From contig OZ024740.1 of assembly GCA_964016885.1 (NCBI GenBank), positions 375,410,001 through 375,474,000 of the forward strand: DNA of 64,000 bases, in the 5' to 3' direction. Origin of the DNA: Eledone cirrhosa (Eukaryota). The notes beneath the pieces were generated by a model, which made no database searches, was not told the DNA's origin, and saw nothing but the letters and a program-made list of their open reading frames with translations. The stretch's first letter is position 1; each line of letters begins with the position of its first letter. Shown here piece after piece: positions 1 to 13,263 of the stretch. The position numbers and the translations under genes were made by a program.

Positions 1-68
1 TAATGGAATAGAATTGTAAGGCTGGTTATAGTAAATGTCTTGCTATTGTTAATTAGTATTAATAAAAT

Positions 69-256
69 AATTGTTTCTACTTTTGGCACAAGGCCAACAA
101 TTATCCCATTGCATTGCTGGTGCTTTATTTTATCGAAACCGTAAGCATGAAAGGCAAAGTTAACCTCGGCGGGATGTGAACTCAGACCGCAAAGGGGCGT
201 AACTCTTTGCTACAAAGCATGGCATGCAACCTTCTACCAATACTGCCAGTCCACCA
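69..256 (-). mobile_element. tRNA-derived SINE (family A)
   Basis: Reverse strand has A-box-like TGGCAGTATTGG, B-box-like GAGTTCACATCCC, central GCCTTTCATGCTTACGG..CGATAAAATAAAG and tail AGTAGAAACAATTATT; homologous to copies at 33886, 55993 and 59730. Confidence 0.8.
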
Positions 257-1579
257 AGGCTTCAAGTAATTTTATCTATAACAACCATTGTTTCAAATAT
301 TACATCGTATAGAAAACAGAATTCTTTCAAAAATATGAATGAAATGAAACTATGCACGAAACGTTAGATATATAAAGTTCCTTGACAATATTCAAATTTC
401 AGAGTATTTTATTGTTCTTCGGTGTTTACCTGTCAGTAGCTGACATACATTTCTATAATCGATTATAGTAATCATACATTGATGAACAGATATAGTAGGA
501 AATGTCAAGCTATCAATTTTAATTATGGCAGTTCTGTCATGCAATCTCATACTGGTAATTAGGTATATTATGAGAGCCTTGTTGGTAGATGTTTGGACGT
601 ACATATAATATCATCATACAGCCTACAGACACGATATATGCGTGTGTGTGTGTGAGTGCGTTTGTATGTGCGCATACGCGTTCTTGTTATTGATAGACTA
701 ACACCACAGTATACACATCCAATAGAGAATGATACATTCAGTTAGTATAATAACGTCTCAATGTTTAGGAAAAATTTAAACTAGACGAATGATCGATAGC
801 ATCATGTTAAGTTTAATGTCCCTGATTTATATCAATGCGAAATACAATTTCTGTATCGCAACTTCCTGGTTAAATTAAGATAGTAATAAATAACAGTTAC
901 TCAGAGATGACATTAGGCATATGAACACCAAATAAGAAGATATATAATTAGTCCTAAAGTGTAAAAATCGCCATGCTATTGTATTAGCCGTTGTTATGTA
1001 TGCTGTTCTTGGTAGAGGAAACAAATCAGTAACGTATTGGAAAAAAGGCATTGCTGTATCTAATTACGTCAATTTAGGTTTCCATTTCCTGATGTCAATT
1101 ACATAATGGCCAGCCATTTATTGAGGTACGTAACGGATTTTACCATCCTCAAACATTTGTTGATTTGTGACTATATTTGTAAAACGCCAATTAGTAACGT
1201 CATTCTTCATAAGCGGATTAAGTGTACACGTGGGTACAGCTTGTTTTTTTTTCAATTAACCAGACAAACAAATGCATTGCGTCGATCTTAACAAATGCAT
1301 TTGAACAAATTAGCACACATTTTAATCAATTAATGAAACTACTAATTACTCCCATGAATTATAGCATCATTACAACATTGTTACATCAGATTGAATAAGA
1401 CATAAAGAACAAAATATGTTGTCAACGTCAAAGGAAAAGAAGATACCATTCGCTATATCCAGGTTTTATTCCATAACCCTTCTGTATCTCACCGACTTGA
1501 TCGATCCCGAGAAGAAATATATATGCAACCATCCGACAACATCTGTTGTGAGATGTATAAGGTGAGATGAGAAAATAGA

Positions 1580-2020
1580 TGGGTCTTTCTCAGGGCCTTT
1601 CTACACTGGTTAGCTAATTTCCCTCCAGGGGTAGCGTCCACAAACATGACACTCTGGTATCTCTGGTTGTCGTACCATGAGGTGGCTTTCCCTATCTTAT
1701 GTCTAGCCTTATCTAAGCTATTCCATGATTTGCACCTGTATAATGGGCAAATTCCTTTCATGTCCAGTTCTATGAGGGTATTATACTTCTCCATGGCTCC
1801 TTCGTATACTCTGACACTGTCTTTTTGGTTGTAGCCAGAGAAATGCATGCGGTTGATGAAGTGTTGGATGTGTCTTTCCATTTCTGTTGTGTCGCACATG
1901 CGGGACACAATCTTCATCACTCATACCAAATCTGCCATCAGAATATTAAACTTAGCACTACTGGACATTGCAGAGTTTTTGAGTATCAGGTATTTGGAGG
2001 CCATGGGTTTAGCATAGACA
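1580..2020 (-). pseudogene. Penelope-like element fragment, RT thumb/linker region
   Basis: Minus-strand translation [17 protein letters not shown]...RMHFSGY...PLYR.K.W...SVMFVDATPGGKLA resembles the PLE post-RT region (recognised from memory); in-frame TGA near 1923. Confidence 0.65.
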
Positions 2021-2089
2021 CAAATATAACCCTCCCCAAATATAACAATATTTGCTTCGACACACTATTTAATATAAAAAACCTCACAA

Positions 2090-2256
<167 letters not shown>

Positions 2257-2354
2257 AGTATGTATACGTATATATATAATTAACAGCCGTACTAAGAGTG
2301 AGAAATGAAATTTCCTTTCATTTTTTCCGTTTATATATATATATATATATCATA

Positions 2355-5300
2355 AATTGGTTGAGATTAGATTTGGTGATATGTGGCTGCGCTTTCTAGC
2401 AGCAGGCCTGGCCGCCGTAAGCAACCAATCACACGCTTTCTCTCTGGCTGGTACACAGCTACATAGCGATTTTAGCAATTTTTGAATCTAAATTTGCCGC
2501 GATTGGTTAGAAAAAATATAAATGTATGTTTTTGAGTTTGTCTCCTGATGATCCTTACTCTGGATAATTCATATTATTTGGATGTCCTAAATAAGGAAGA
2601 AACCATGGTAGAGATATAATTACGGTATGTGCGCATTTTTTCTAAGTTTAATTTGACTACTAATTGTGTGTGGTTGATGGTATATTTGGTCGGATTCTGC
2701 ATGCTGCCGAAATGTTGTATAAATAATGGAACGCGGCTGCCGCGAAGAGGCTACGATCAATTGTTTGTCAGAGATTTCCACATAAGAAAATTTATTCTTA
2801 AAGCTAGCTGGATTTGATTTTGTATATGGTTAATTATGCTAATTAGAAGAAGAAATAGTATATATTTTAATATCTGATGATTCTATAGACATGATTTATG
2901 ATATAATGCTCTGATTCTTTTATTTTAATTTATTAATTCTTCATTGAGCTTAAAAGTGAACAGTTGCAACATATATATCTTTCAGTTAATTTTATGTATA
3001 TGATAACCTTTATATTTAATAATCTCCCAATTGGTTGAGATTAAATTTGGCGATATGTGGCTGCGCTTTCTAGCAGCAGGCCTGCCCGCCGTAAGCAACC
3101 AATCACACGCTTTCTCTCTGGCTGGTACACAGCTACATAGCGATTTTAGCCATTTTTTAATGTAAATTTGGCGCGATCGGTTAGAAAAACTAAATGTCTG
3201 TTTTTGAGTTTGTCTCCTGATGATCCTAACTCTGGATAATTCATATTATTTGGATGTCCTAAATAAGGAAGAAACCATGGTAGAGATATAATTACGGTAT
3301 GTGCGCATTTTTTCTAAGTTTAATTTGACTACTAATTGTGTGTGGTTGATGGTATATTTGGTCGGATTCTGCATGCTGCCGAAATGTTGGATAAATAATG
3401 GAACGCGACTGCCGCGAAGAGGCTACGATCAATTGTTTGTCAGAGATTTCCACATAAGAAAATTTATTCTTAAAGCTAGCTGGATTTGATTTTGTATATG
3501 GTTAATTATGCTAATTAGAAGAAGAAATAGTATATATTTTAATATCTGATGATTCTATAGACATGATTTATGATATAATGCTCTGATTCTTTTATTTTAA
3601 TTTATTAATTCTTCATTGAGCTTAAAAGTGAACAGTTGCACACATATATATCTTTAATTTAATTTTATGTATATGATAACCTTTATATTTAATAATCTCC
3701 CAATTGGTTGAGATAAAAATTTGGCGATATGTGGCTGCGCTTTCTAGCAGCAGGCCTTCCCGCCATAAGCAACCAATCACACGCTTTCTCTCTGGCTGGT
3801 ACACAGCTACATAGCGATTTTAGCCATTTTTTAACCTAAATTTGGCGCGATCGGTTAGAAAAACTAAATGTCTGTTTTTGAGTTTGTCTCCTGATGATCC
3901 TAACTCTGGATAATTCATATTATTTGGATGTCCTAAATAAGGAAGAAACCATGGTAGAGATATAATTACGGTATGTGTGCATTTCTTCTAAGTTTAATTT
4001 TACTACTAATTGTGTGTGGTTGATGGTATATTTGGTCGGATTCTGCATGCTGCCGAAATGTTGGATGAATAATGGAACGGGGCTGCCGCGAAGAGGCTAC
4101 GATCAATTGTTTGTCAGAGATTTCCCCATAAGAAAATTTATTCTTAATGCTAGCTGGATTTGATTTTGTATATGGTGAATTATGCTAATTAGAAGAAGAA
4201 ATAGTATATATTTTAATATCTGATGATTCTATAGACATGATTTATGATATAATGCTCTAATTCTTTTATTTTAATTTATTAATTCTTCATTGAGCTTAAA
4301 AGTGAACAGTTGCACACATATATATCTTTAATTTAATTTTATGTATATGATAACCTTTATATTTAATAATCTCCCAATTGGTTTAGATTAAATTTGGCGA
4401 TATGTGGCTGCGCTTTCTAGCAGCAGGCCTGCCCGCCGTAAGCAACCAACCACACGCTTTCTCTCTGGCTGGTACACAGCTACATAGCGATTTTAGCCTT
4501 TTTTAAATCTAAATTTGGCGCGATCGGTTAGAAAAACTAAATGTCTGTTTTTGAGTTTGTCTCCTGATGATCCTAACTGTGGATAATTCATATTATTTGG
4601 ATGTCCTAAATAAGGAAGAAACCATGGTAGAGATATAATTACGGTATGTGCGCATTTCTCCTAAGTTTAATTTTACTACTAATTGTGTGTGGTTGATGGT
4701 ATATTTGGTCGGATTCTGCATGCTGCCGAAATGTTGGATAAATAATGGAACAGGTCTGCCGCGAAGAGGCTACGATCAATTCTTTGTATGAGATTACCCC
4801 ATAAGAAAATTTATTCTTAAAGCTAGCTGGATTTGATTTTGTATATGGTTAATTATGCTAATTAGAAGAAGAAATAGTATATATTTTAATATCTGATGAT
4901 TCTATAGACATGATTTATGATATAATGCTCTGATTCTTTTATTTTAATTTATTAATTCTTCATTGAGCTTAAAAGTGAACAGTTGCAACATATATATCTT
5001 TAAGTTAATTTTATGTATATGATAACCTTTATATTTAATAATCTCCCAATTGGTTGAGATTAAATTTGGCGATATGTGGCTGCGCTTTCTAGCAGCAGGC
5101 CTGCCCGCCGTAAGCAACCAATCACACGCTTTCTCTCTGGCTGGTACACAGCTACATAGCGATTTTAGCCATTTTTTAATCTAAATTTGGTGCGATCAGT
5201 TAGAAAAACTAAATGTCTGTTTTTGAGTTTGTCTCCTGATGATCTTAACTCTGGACAATTCATATTATTTGGATGTCCTAAATAAGGAAGAAACCATGAT

Positions 5301-8300
5301 AGAGATATAATTAAGGTATGTGCGCATTTTTTCTAAGTTTAATTTGACTACTAATTGTGTGTGGTTGATGGTATATTTGGTCGGATTCTGCATGCTGCCG
5401 AAATGTTGGATAAATAATGGAACGCGACTGCCGAGAAGAGGCTACGATCAATTGTTTGTCAGAGATTTCCCCATAAGAAAATGTATTCTTAAAGCTAGCT
5501 GGATTTGATTTTGTATATGGTTAATTATGCTAATTAGAAGAAGAAATAGTATATATTTTAATATCTGATGATTCTATAGACATGATTTATGATATAATGC
5601 TCTGATTCTTTTATTTTAATTTATTAATTCTTCATTGAGCTTAAAAGTGAACAGTTGCAACATATATATCTTTAAGTTAATTTTATGTATATGATAACCT
5701 TTATATTTAATAATCTCCCAATTGGTTGAGATTAAATTTGGCGATATGTGGCTGCGCTTTCTAGCAGCAGGCCTGCCCGCCGTATGCAACCAATCACACG
5801 CTTTCTCTCTGGCTGGTACACAGCTACATAGCGATTTTAGCCATTTTTTAATCTAAATTTGGTGCGATCAGTTAGAAAAACTAAATGTCTGTTTTTGAGT
5901 TTGTCTCCTGATGATCTTAACTCTGGACAATTCATATTATTTGGATGTCCTAAATAAGGAAGAAACCATGATAGAGATATAATTAAGGTATGTGCGCATT
6001 TTTTCTAAGTTTAATTTGACTACTAATTGTGTGTGGTTGATGGTATATTTGGTCGGATTCTGCATGCTGCCGAAATGTTGGATAAATAATGGAACGCGAC
6101 TGCCGCGAAGAGGCTACGATCAATTGTTTGTCAGAGATTTCCCCATAAGAAAATGTATTCTTAAAGCTAGCTGGATTTGATTTTGTATATGGTTAATTAT
6201 GCTAATTAGAAGAAGAAATAGTATATATTTTAATATCTGATGATTCTATAGACATGATTTATGATATAATGCTCTGATTTTTTTATTTTAATTTATTAAT
6301 TCTTCTTTGAGCTTAAAAGTGAACAGTTGAAACATATATATATCTTTAATTTAATTTTATGTATATGATAACCTTTATATTTAATAATCGCCCAATTGGT
6401 TGTGATTAAATTTGGCGATATGTGGCTGCGCTTTCTAGCAGCAGGCTTGCCCGCCGTAAGGAACCAATCACACGCTTTCTCTCTGGCTGGTACACAGCTA
6501 CATAGCGATTTTAGCCATTTTTGAATCTAAATTTGGCGCGATCGGTTAGAAAAACTAAATGTCTGTTTTTTCGTTTGTCTCCTGATGATCCTAACTCTGG
6601 ATAATTCATATTATTTGGATGTCCTAAATAAGGAAGAAACCATGGTAGAGATAAAATTACGGAATGTGCGCATTTCTTCTAAGTTTAATTCGACTACTAA
6701 TTGTGTGTGGTTGATGGTATATTTGGTCGGATTCTGCATGCTGTCGAAATGTTGGATAAATAATGGAACGGGGCTGCCGCGAAGAGGCTACGATCAATTG
6801 TTTGTCAGAGATTTCCCCATAAGAAAATTTATTCTTAAAGCTAGCTGGATTTGATTTTGTATATGGTTAAATATGCTAATTAGAAGAAGAAATAGTATAT
6901 ATTTTAATATCTGATGATTCTATAGACATGATTTATGATATAATGCTCTGATTTTTTTATTTTAATTAATTAATTCTTCTTTGAGCTTAAAACTGAACAG
7001 TTGCAACATATATATATCTTTAATTGAATTTTATGTATATGATAACCTTTATATTAAATCATCTCCCAATTGGTTGAGATCAAATTTGGCGATATGTGGC
7101 TGCGCTTTCTAGCAGCAGGCCTGCCCGCCGTAAGAAACCAATCACACGCTTTCTCTCTGTCTGGTACACAGCTACATAGCGATTTTAGCCATTTTTTAAT
7201 CTAAATTTGGCGCGATCGGTTAGAAAAACTAAATGTCTGTTTTTGAGTTTGTCTCCTGATGATCCTAACTCTGGACAATTCATATTATTTGGATGTCCTA
7301 AATAAGGAAGAAACCATGGTAGAGATATAGTTACGGTATGTGCGCATTTTTTCTAAGTTTAATTTTACTACTAATTTTGTGTGGTTGATGGTATATTTGG
7401 TCGGATTCTGCATGCTGCCGAAATGTTGGATAAATAATGGAACGGGGCTGCCGCGAAGAGGCTACGATCAATTGTTTGTCAGAGATTTCCCCATAAGAAA
7501 ATTTATTCTTAAAGCTAGCTGGATTTGATTTTGTATATGGTTAAATATGCTAATTAGAAGAAGAAATAGTATATATTTTAATATCTGATGATTCTATAGA
7601 CATGATTTATGATATAATGCTCTGATTTTTTTATTTTAATTTATTAATTCTTCTTTGAGCTTAAAAGTGAACAGTTGCAACATATATATATCTTTAATTT
7701 AATTTTATGTATATGATAACCTTTATATTTAATAATCTCCCAATTGGTTGAGATTAAATTTGGCGATATGTGGCTGCGCTTTCTAGCAGCAGGCTTGCCC
7801 GCCGTAAGGAACCAATCACACGCTTTCTCTCTGGCTGGTACACAGCTACATAGCGATTTTAGCCATTTTTGAATCTAAATTTTGCGCGATCGGTTAGAAA
7901 AACTAAATGTCTGTTTTTGAGTTTGTCTCCTGATGATCCTAACTGTGGATAATTCATATTATTTGGATGTCCTAAATAAGGAAGAAACCATGGTAGAGAT
8001 ATAATTACGGTATGTGCGCATTTCTTCTAAGTTTAATTTTACTACTAATTGTATGTGGTTGATGGTATATTTGGTCGGATTCTGCATGCTGCCGAAATGT
8101 TGGATAAATAATGGAACGCGACTGCCGCGAAGAGGCTACGATCAATTGTTTGTCAGAGATTTCCCCATATGAAAATTTATTCTTAAAGCTAGCTGGATTT
8201 GATTTTGTATATGGTTAATTATGCTAATTAGAAGAAGAAATAGTATATATTTTAATATCTGATGATTCTATAGACATGATTAATGATTTATGATATAATG

Positions 8301-8405
8301 CTCTGATTTTTTTATTTTAATTTATTAATTCTTCATTGAGCTTAAAAGTGAACAGTTGCAACATATTTATATCTTTAATTTAATTTTATGTATATGATAA
8401 CTTTT
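2355..8405 (+). repeat. Head-to-tail tandem array, 9 units of 672-674 bp, each with a hammerhead ribozyme (retrozyme/pLTR-like)
   Basis: HHR core CTGATGA recurs at 2545, 3217, 3891, 4564, 5236, 5908, 6582, 7256 and 7930; TA runs flank both ends. Confidence 0.95.
2539..2616 (+). ncRNA. Type I hammerhead ribozyme (unit 1; repeated in all 9 units)
   Basis: Stem I TGTCTC/GAGATA; CTGATGA; stem II TCCTTA...TAAGGA with inner hairpin TCTGGATAAT/ATTATTTGGA; GAAA; palindromic stem III ACCATGGT; GUA cleavage after 2610. Confidence 0.85.
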
Positions 8406-8589
8406 ATATATATATAAATTAGATATGTATTTTTCGGGAGAACTGTTATTCTGCGCAAAACTCTTCTGCTAGACAACAGGTCACTGATAGCGGATAGTGA
8501 TACCGCAAACAGATATGATAGTTATTTGAGATATTAGCGGGCAACTGTCAGAAGGCTGAGCAATTCCAGACCAAATGCGGTAAACTACA

Positions 8590-11240
8590 AAGGAAGTGGG
8601 AGTACTGGTTGGCAACTGTAGCTCATAAGAAACATGTTACTGCCCAGTGATGTAGCTATGACGAGGTGAGTAAAGGCTACGTCTAAAGAAACCTTATCTT
8701 CGTGGGTTTCAGAACGTTCCAGAATGACGACTGGCTAGGATAACACCACGAAAACTCAATATGGTGAGACAAACCAAACAGGACCAAATTCGATCGTCCT
8801 TCACGCGGTTTAAAAGGTGAATCAGAGGGGCCCGTTCGAAAAATATATTTCATTCTGCATTTGATGCCGTAAAAAACTCGCGATGTGCCTTGTTTTGGGA
8901 GGCATGGGAAAGAGGAACAAAGATTGCCTGTCATGAAACATCAAAGTGGGGTTCGAAAAGGAGAATGCCTTGCCAATTGGAATTTGAAACATCTCAGTCT
9001 GAAAGGTACGGAGCAGGAACTAGTAGATTAGGCTAGACTCTTCCTGCTACTTATTGTCGGTGTTTACTAAACAATGTACGATGGCTAGGTTCAGTGGATT
9101 TGGATAGTGGATGGACATACCACTAATTAGGTGGGAGTGGTTATGTTCACAAGCCCCCGGGAGACGACAGAATGTGTTATGGACTGGATACCATTAGAAG
9201 GGATGATTTGCCGCTTGAATCTTAGGCTGAAAGATAGGTCCCTTGAGACGACGAAATGCCAAAGAAGGCCACACAACTGGCAGGTTCAGCTCGACTAACA
9301 GGATCAAGTGGGAACCATTTGTGTATGAGGAATTCAAGTCCAGGTATTCAGATACTATTGCATCCAAATTCAGGGAACAACCTGAGAAAACGGAGGGAGT
9401 TGAAACAGAGTGGAGATTGGACAGCGTCTCAGTTACTGCACGGGCGGTTAAATGCTGCCGACGAAAAAGTATTTGGCACCGGTGGGTGGGAAGAACCCCT
9501 GGTTCAATCAATAGGATGGAGATACCATCCGGGCAAAGAAGGAAGCCTACAAATCTCGGCTTGGAAATAAGCCCTCCCTCTTGTGCCTGTGGTATAAGCC
9601 CACCTACACAAAGAAACGCAGCTGAAACAGTGAAGACATCGAAATTTAGGACATGGAATCTGACTTCAAATCAGCAAATAAAGAATTCTGACAGACCATC
9701 CGCCGACTTCGTAATAAGATGTCCTTCTCCACACAAGATATCAGGAATGTGTCTGGAGTTTTCTTCTCTTCAGTGAGGTGCATCTTCGCGAGGTGGAGAG
9801 AATAATTTGCTGGTCTCCCAAACCATATCACAACAGCATATTTTGTGTACAATTGGTATCTGGGAGCGATGATTAATCTTTCGTAGGCTGAGGTCAGAGG
9901 AGCAATTAAAGAGGTCAAATGTGAGAAGGCAACTGGAGAGGCTGAATTCGGCCCGAGATGTTAAACTCATTATCTAAGAAGGTAATCTCTTGTTGCCTGT
10001 GTGTGCTGGGTTGCCTGGATCTCTGGAAATGCACATGAACAATGGTAATCGAGAGTGATTAACTCGATTTCTAAACTGGTAAACAAGAAGAGAGAATGCT
10101 CCAACTATAGAGGGGTGTACTTGTAATGTCTATACTAAGTCTCTGGCCAAGAGATCTAGGGACATTACTGAGTTCAATCTAGCTGATGAACAGAAATTGT
10201 GGGAGTACTGCCAAGCTGTGTTGACCTCGAAACGACATATGGCCGTATTCCAGGGGATCTCTTGTGGATGGTTCAGCAGGTGTATGGAATCGGGGCACAG
10301 CTTAGTGTTGCGTTGATATCTCTAAACGAATGCCCTCGTATATTGTTACTATAAATGGTGTCGAAACGCTTCAAAGAGGGATTCAGAGTCCACCAAGTCT
10401 GAGTCCTGTCAATTCTCCTATACATTATTTCCATGAACAGGATTGGCATGCACATTCGGGCTGGAAATGGTATCACGACTGACAGGTGTAGAGTCAGTTG
10501 GTTAGAATTTGTAGACGAGATGGTAGTCCTTAGCACTACAGAAGATGTCCTCCCAGAGCCACATGATAGGTTTCATGCCGACTGCAGTATAGCTGGAATG
10601 AAATCGGTGCTGCGAAAACTGAGATAATCCTTCTCCCAAGGTTCCTGCGCAGTGAACTCTACAGGTGAATGGAGTTTTTCTGAAGCAGGTGGAGAAGTTC
10701 ATGTATCTCGGGGACGTCTTCACATGTGATGGAAGCCAGGAGGCTGAAATGAGTGGAATAATTGCAGGAGCTAGTACAGTAATGCGCCAGCTTCAATATT
10801 CGGTAATCAGAAGAAGAGAGGTAGAGGTATGAAAGCCAAACTCGCTATCCTCAATTCCATTTTCGTGACAATCTTTACCTATTGTCATCAATCTTGGGTA
10901 ATGACCGCATACAAGTAGTCAAAATGGAGTTCCTCTGAAGGTCCCTGATGTAATGTTACTGGGTAGAGTGCATAGATTGGAGATAATAGAATCGTACCAG
11001 GTTGACCCACTAACCATGAATTGAGTGGCCACAGCTCCAGTATATGGTTAGAATGTTTCAGGAATTAAACATTGGAAAGGATTTGGGTCGAAACAAACCG
11101 GCAGATGACCCAGTTGTAGGGCCCGGTCATGATCATTGGATATCATCCATAAGCTCGACTAGTCTCGCTTGGGGATCCAGCCGCATAAGTTGTAAAAGGT
11201 TTTGTTTGAGGACACTGTCCCCACAACATTTTTAGGATTA
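8590..11240 (+). mobile_element. Heavily decayed RTE-like LINE
   Basis: Broken-frame remnants of APE/RT motifs: WNLKHL (~8978), CSNYRG (~10097), DLE (~10223), EFVDEMV (FADD-like, ~10505), VEKFMYLG (~10690); many stops and frameshifts. Confidence 0.65.
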
Positions 11241-11406
11241 AGTGGGCCAAAAAGAAGTACATGTATACATGCGTGTATATATAAATATATATATGACAAC
11301 CTCGGTCTTCCTCTTTAAGCGTGTCTATGCAGGGGCTCCCACAGGACAGACACTGATTTCATGAATTTTACCCGCCCTAGATATATTAAATATATATATA
11401 TGTATG

Positions 11407-11437
<31 letters not shown>

Positions 11438-11467
11438 GTGAGTGCGCGCGTGTGTGTGTGTGTGTGT

Positions 11468-11501
<34 letters not shown>

Positions 11502-11626
11502 CTGCGTGTGTGTGTATATCAATAAATATGTATATATACATATATAGACCAGAAATAGCCGTCGAAACGGCTTGACCTCTGTGCGTTATGGTCCATCTGG
11601 CTCCTTACCACAATTCCTTCGTTATT

Positions 11627-11654
11627 TCATACATATATATATATATATACAAAC

Positions 11655-11727
<73 letters not shown>

Positions 11728-11813
11728 AACTTATATATATATATACATACTTATATACAAACATATATATATATATATATATATATACATACACACACAC
11801 ACACATATATCTA

Positions 11814-11888
<75 letters not shown>
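11627..11888. repeat. Interrupted (TA)n/(CA)n microsatellite
   Basis: Direct. Confidence 0.95.
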
Positions 11889-11891
<3 letters not shown>

Positions 11892-11906
11892 GATAAATCT
11901 ACCAAA

Positions 11907-12332
11907 ATGTACGGTAGAAACAAAGCAAATTGCCCATTAAAAGGTAATTGCCTTATTAATAACATAGTATATAAATGTAAAATTAACACTAAGGACTCAA
12001 CTTATTCATATATAGGAGCTACTTCTAACTATTTTAAAGTAAGATTTAATACCCACAAACACAGTTTAAAAAATGCCGCATTAGCTAATACAACATCCTT
12101 AGCTGAAATAATTAATAATTATATAAAAAGGAATATAGATTATAACCTGACCTGGAGTGTGCTCAAAAACGCCAGCCCTTATCAAAATAATAGATATGAA
12201 TGTAGATTATGTTCCCAGGAACTTTTTGAAATAATGAAATCTAAGGATATCCTATTAAATAAGCGACAGGAATTAATTATATCATGTAATCATAAATTGA
12301 GAAGAACTTTTAAATATTATAAATCTAATTAA
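11907..12332 (+). CDS. GIY-YIG endonuclease domain of PLE (N-terminally truncated)
   Basis: [13 protein letters not shown]...[13 protein letters not shown]...W...CRLC..E...LLNKRQEL...C.H. Confidence 0.85.
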   Translation: MYGRNKANCPLKGNCLINNIVYKCKINTKDSTYSYIGATSNYFKVRFNTHKHSLKNAALANTTSLAEIINNYIKRNIDYNLTWSVLKNASPYQNNRYECRLCSQELFEIMKSKDILLNKRQELIISCNHKLRRTFKYYKSN

Positions 12333-13023
12333 TATACACTTTACAAATTATTATAATAATTTTTTTTAAAAATTAGTTAACCTATAATTAATATTCTACT
12401 ACTAATGAACTGCATAATTTTATTTCCCTTTTAAAATGTATACCAATAAGAATACATATAAACTATTTTAATTTCAGGTTATGAATCTATATTCCTTATA
12501 ATCTATATAAATTTGTTATTTCTCACTAATAAATTTACCCCCCCCCCAATAATAATAATAATTGTTTTATTTATTTTCCCTTCCTTTTTAACAGCACTCT
12601 TCAATTACATCTAACTCTTATTTATCATATCTATATGAATTAATATAAATATACCTATCAATTTAATTAATTTATTTTCTTTTTATAGATGTAAATTCCT
12701 CATATTTTGAATAAGATTGATATTTTTCACTAACACATTTATCGTAAAATGTTATTCTCCTTAGCATTATTCTTTTATAACATCAATTTTTCGTGTACCT
12801 TTTACCGACTTGACCTATTTTCATCCCCAAAATAATCTTTTCATTTATTATACTCTTTCCATTCAAAATTGAAATCTGCCTTCCTCTACCCCTAAATTAA
12901 AGTTCTATTTCTACTATTCTACCATCGTAACCACTTACTACCTTTCTATTGGTCAATTCAAAACCTGTTCCCAAACAGACCTATTATATTAAATCTTTGT
13001 TGGGTTTTTTTAATAAAGAAATA

Positions 13024-13161
13024 TCATTATTTCTGAAGACAGCATATATATGTGTAGGTATGTATATTCCATCTGATAGTTTGTAAAAATGTTACATAGA
13101 TCTATATGATATACATACCAGCACACACATATATATCCTAGAAACGATCGTAAAATGATGA
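13024..13161 (+). ncRNA. Type I hammerhead ribozyme with ~100-nt stem II
   Basis: Stem I TCATTATTT/AAATGATGA; CTGAAGA 13033-13039; long hairpin 13040-13140; GAAA; stem III palindrome ACGATCGT; GUA cleavage after 13152. Confidence 0.8.
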
Positions 13162-13212
13162 ATTTTTTAATATAAGGAACTGTTTCTTTGTTTTTATTCA
13201 TTATTTTTATTA

Positions 13213-13263
<51 letters not shown>

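Larger units (their letters stand above)
11889..13215 (+). mobile_element. 5'-truncated Penelope-like element (GIY-YIG C-terminus + 3' region with HHR) between (TA)n tracts
   Basis: GIY-YIG ORF followed on the same strand by an HHR at 13024-13161; (TA)n on both sides. Confidence 0.8.

Noticed and set aside
1915-1930. In-frame TGA in the PLE fragment as selenocysteine recoding
   Set aside because: Falls in the RT thumb where Arg is plausible (CGA to TGA decay); no SECIS identified
2629-2817. 62-aa ORF repeated in the array units
   Set aside because: Non-ATG start, no recognisable domain; recurrence only reflects the DNA repeat
2355-8405. CRISPR-like array
   Set aside because: Whole units repeat with no unique spacers; no cas genes; eukaryotic context
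11572-11896. YIYI/CVCV/THTH-rich ORFs here and throughout
   Set aside because: Translations of microsatellites
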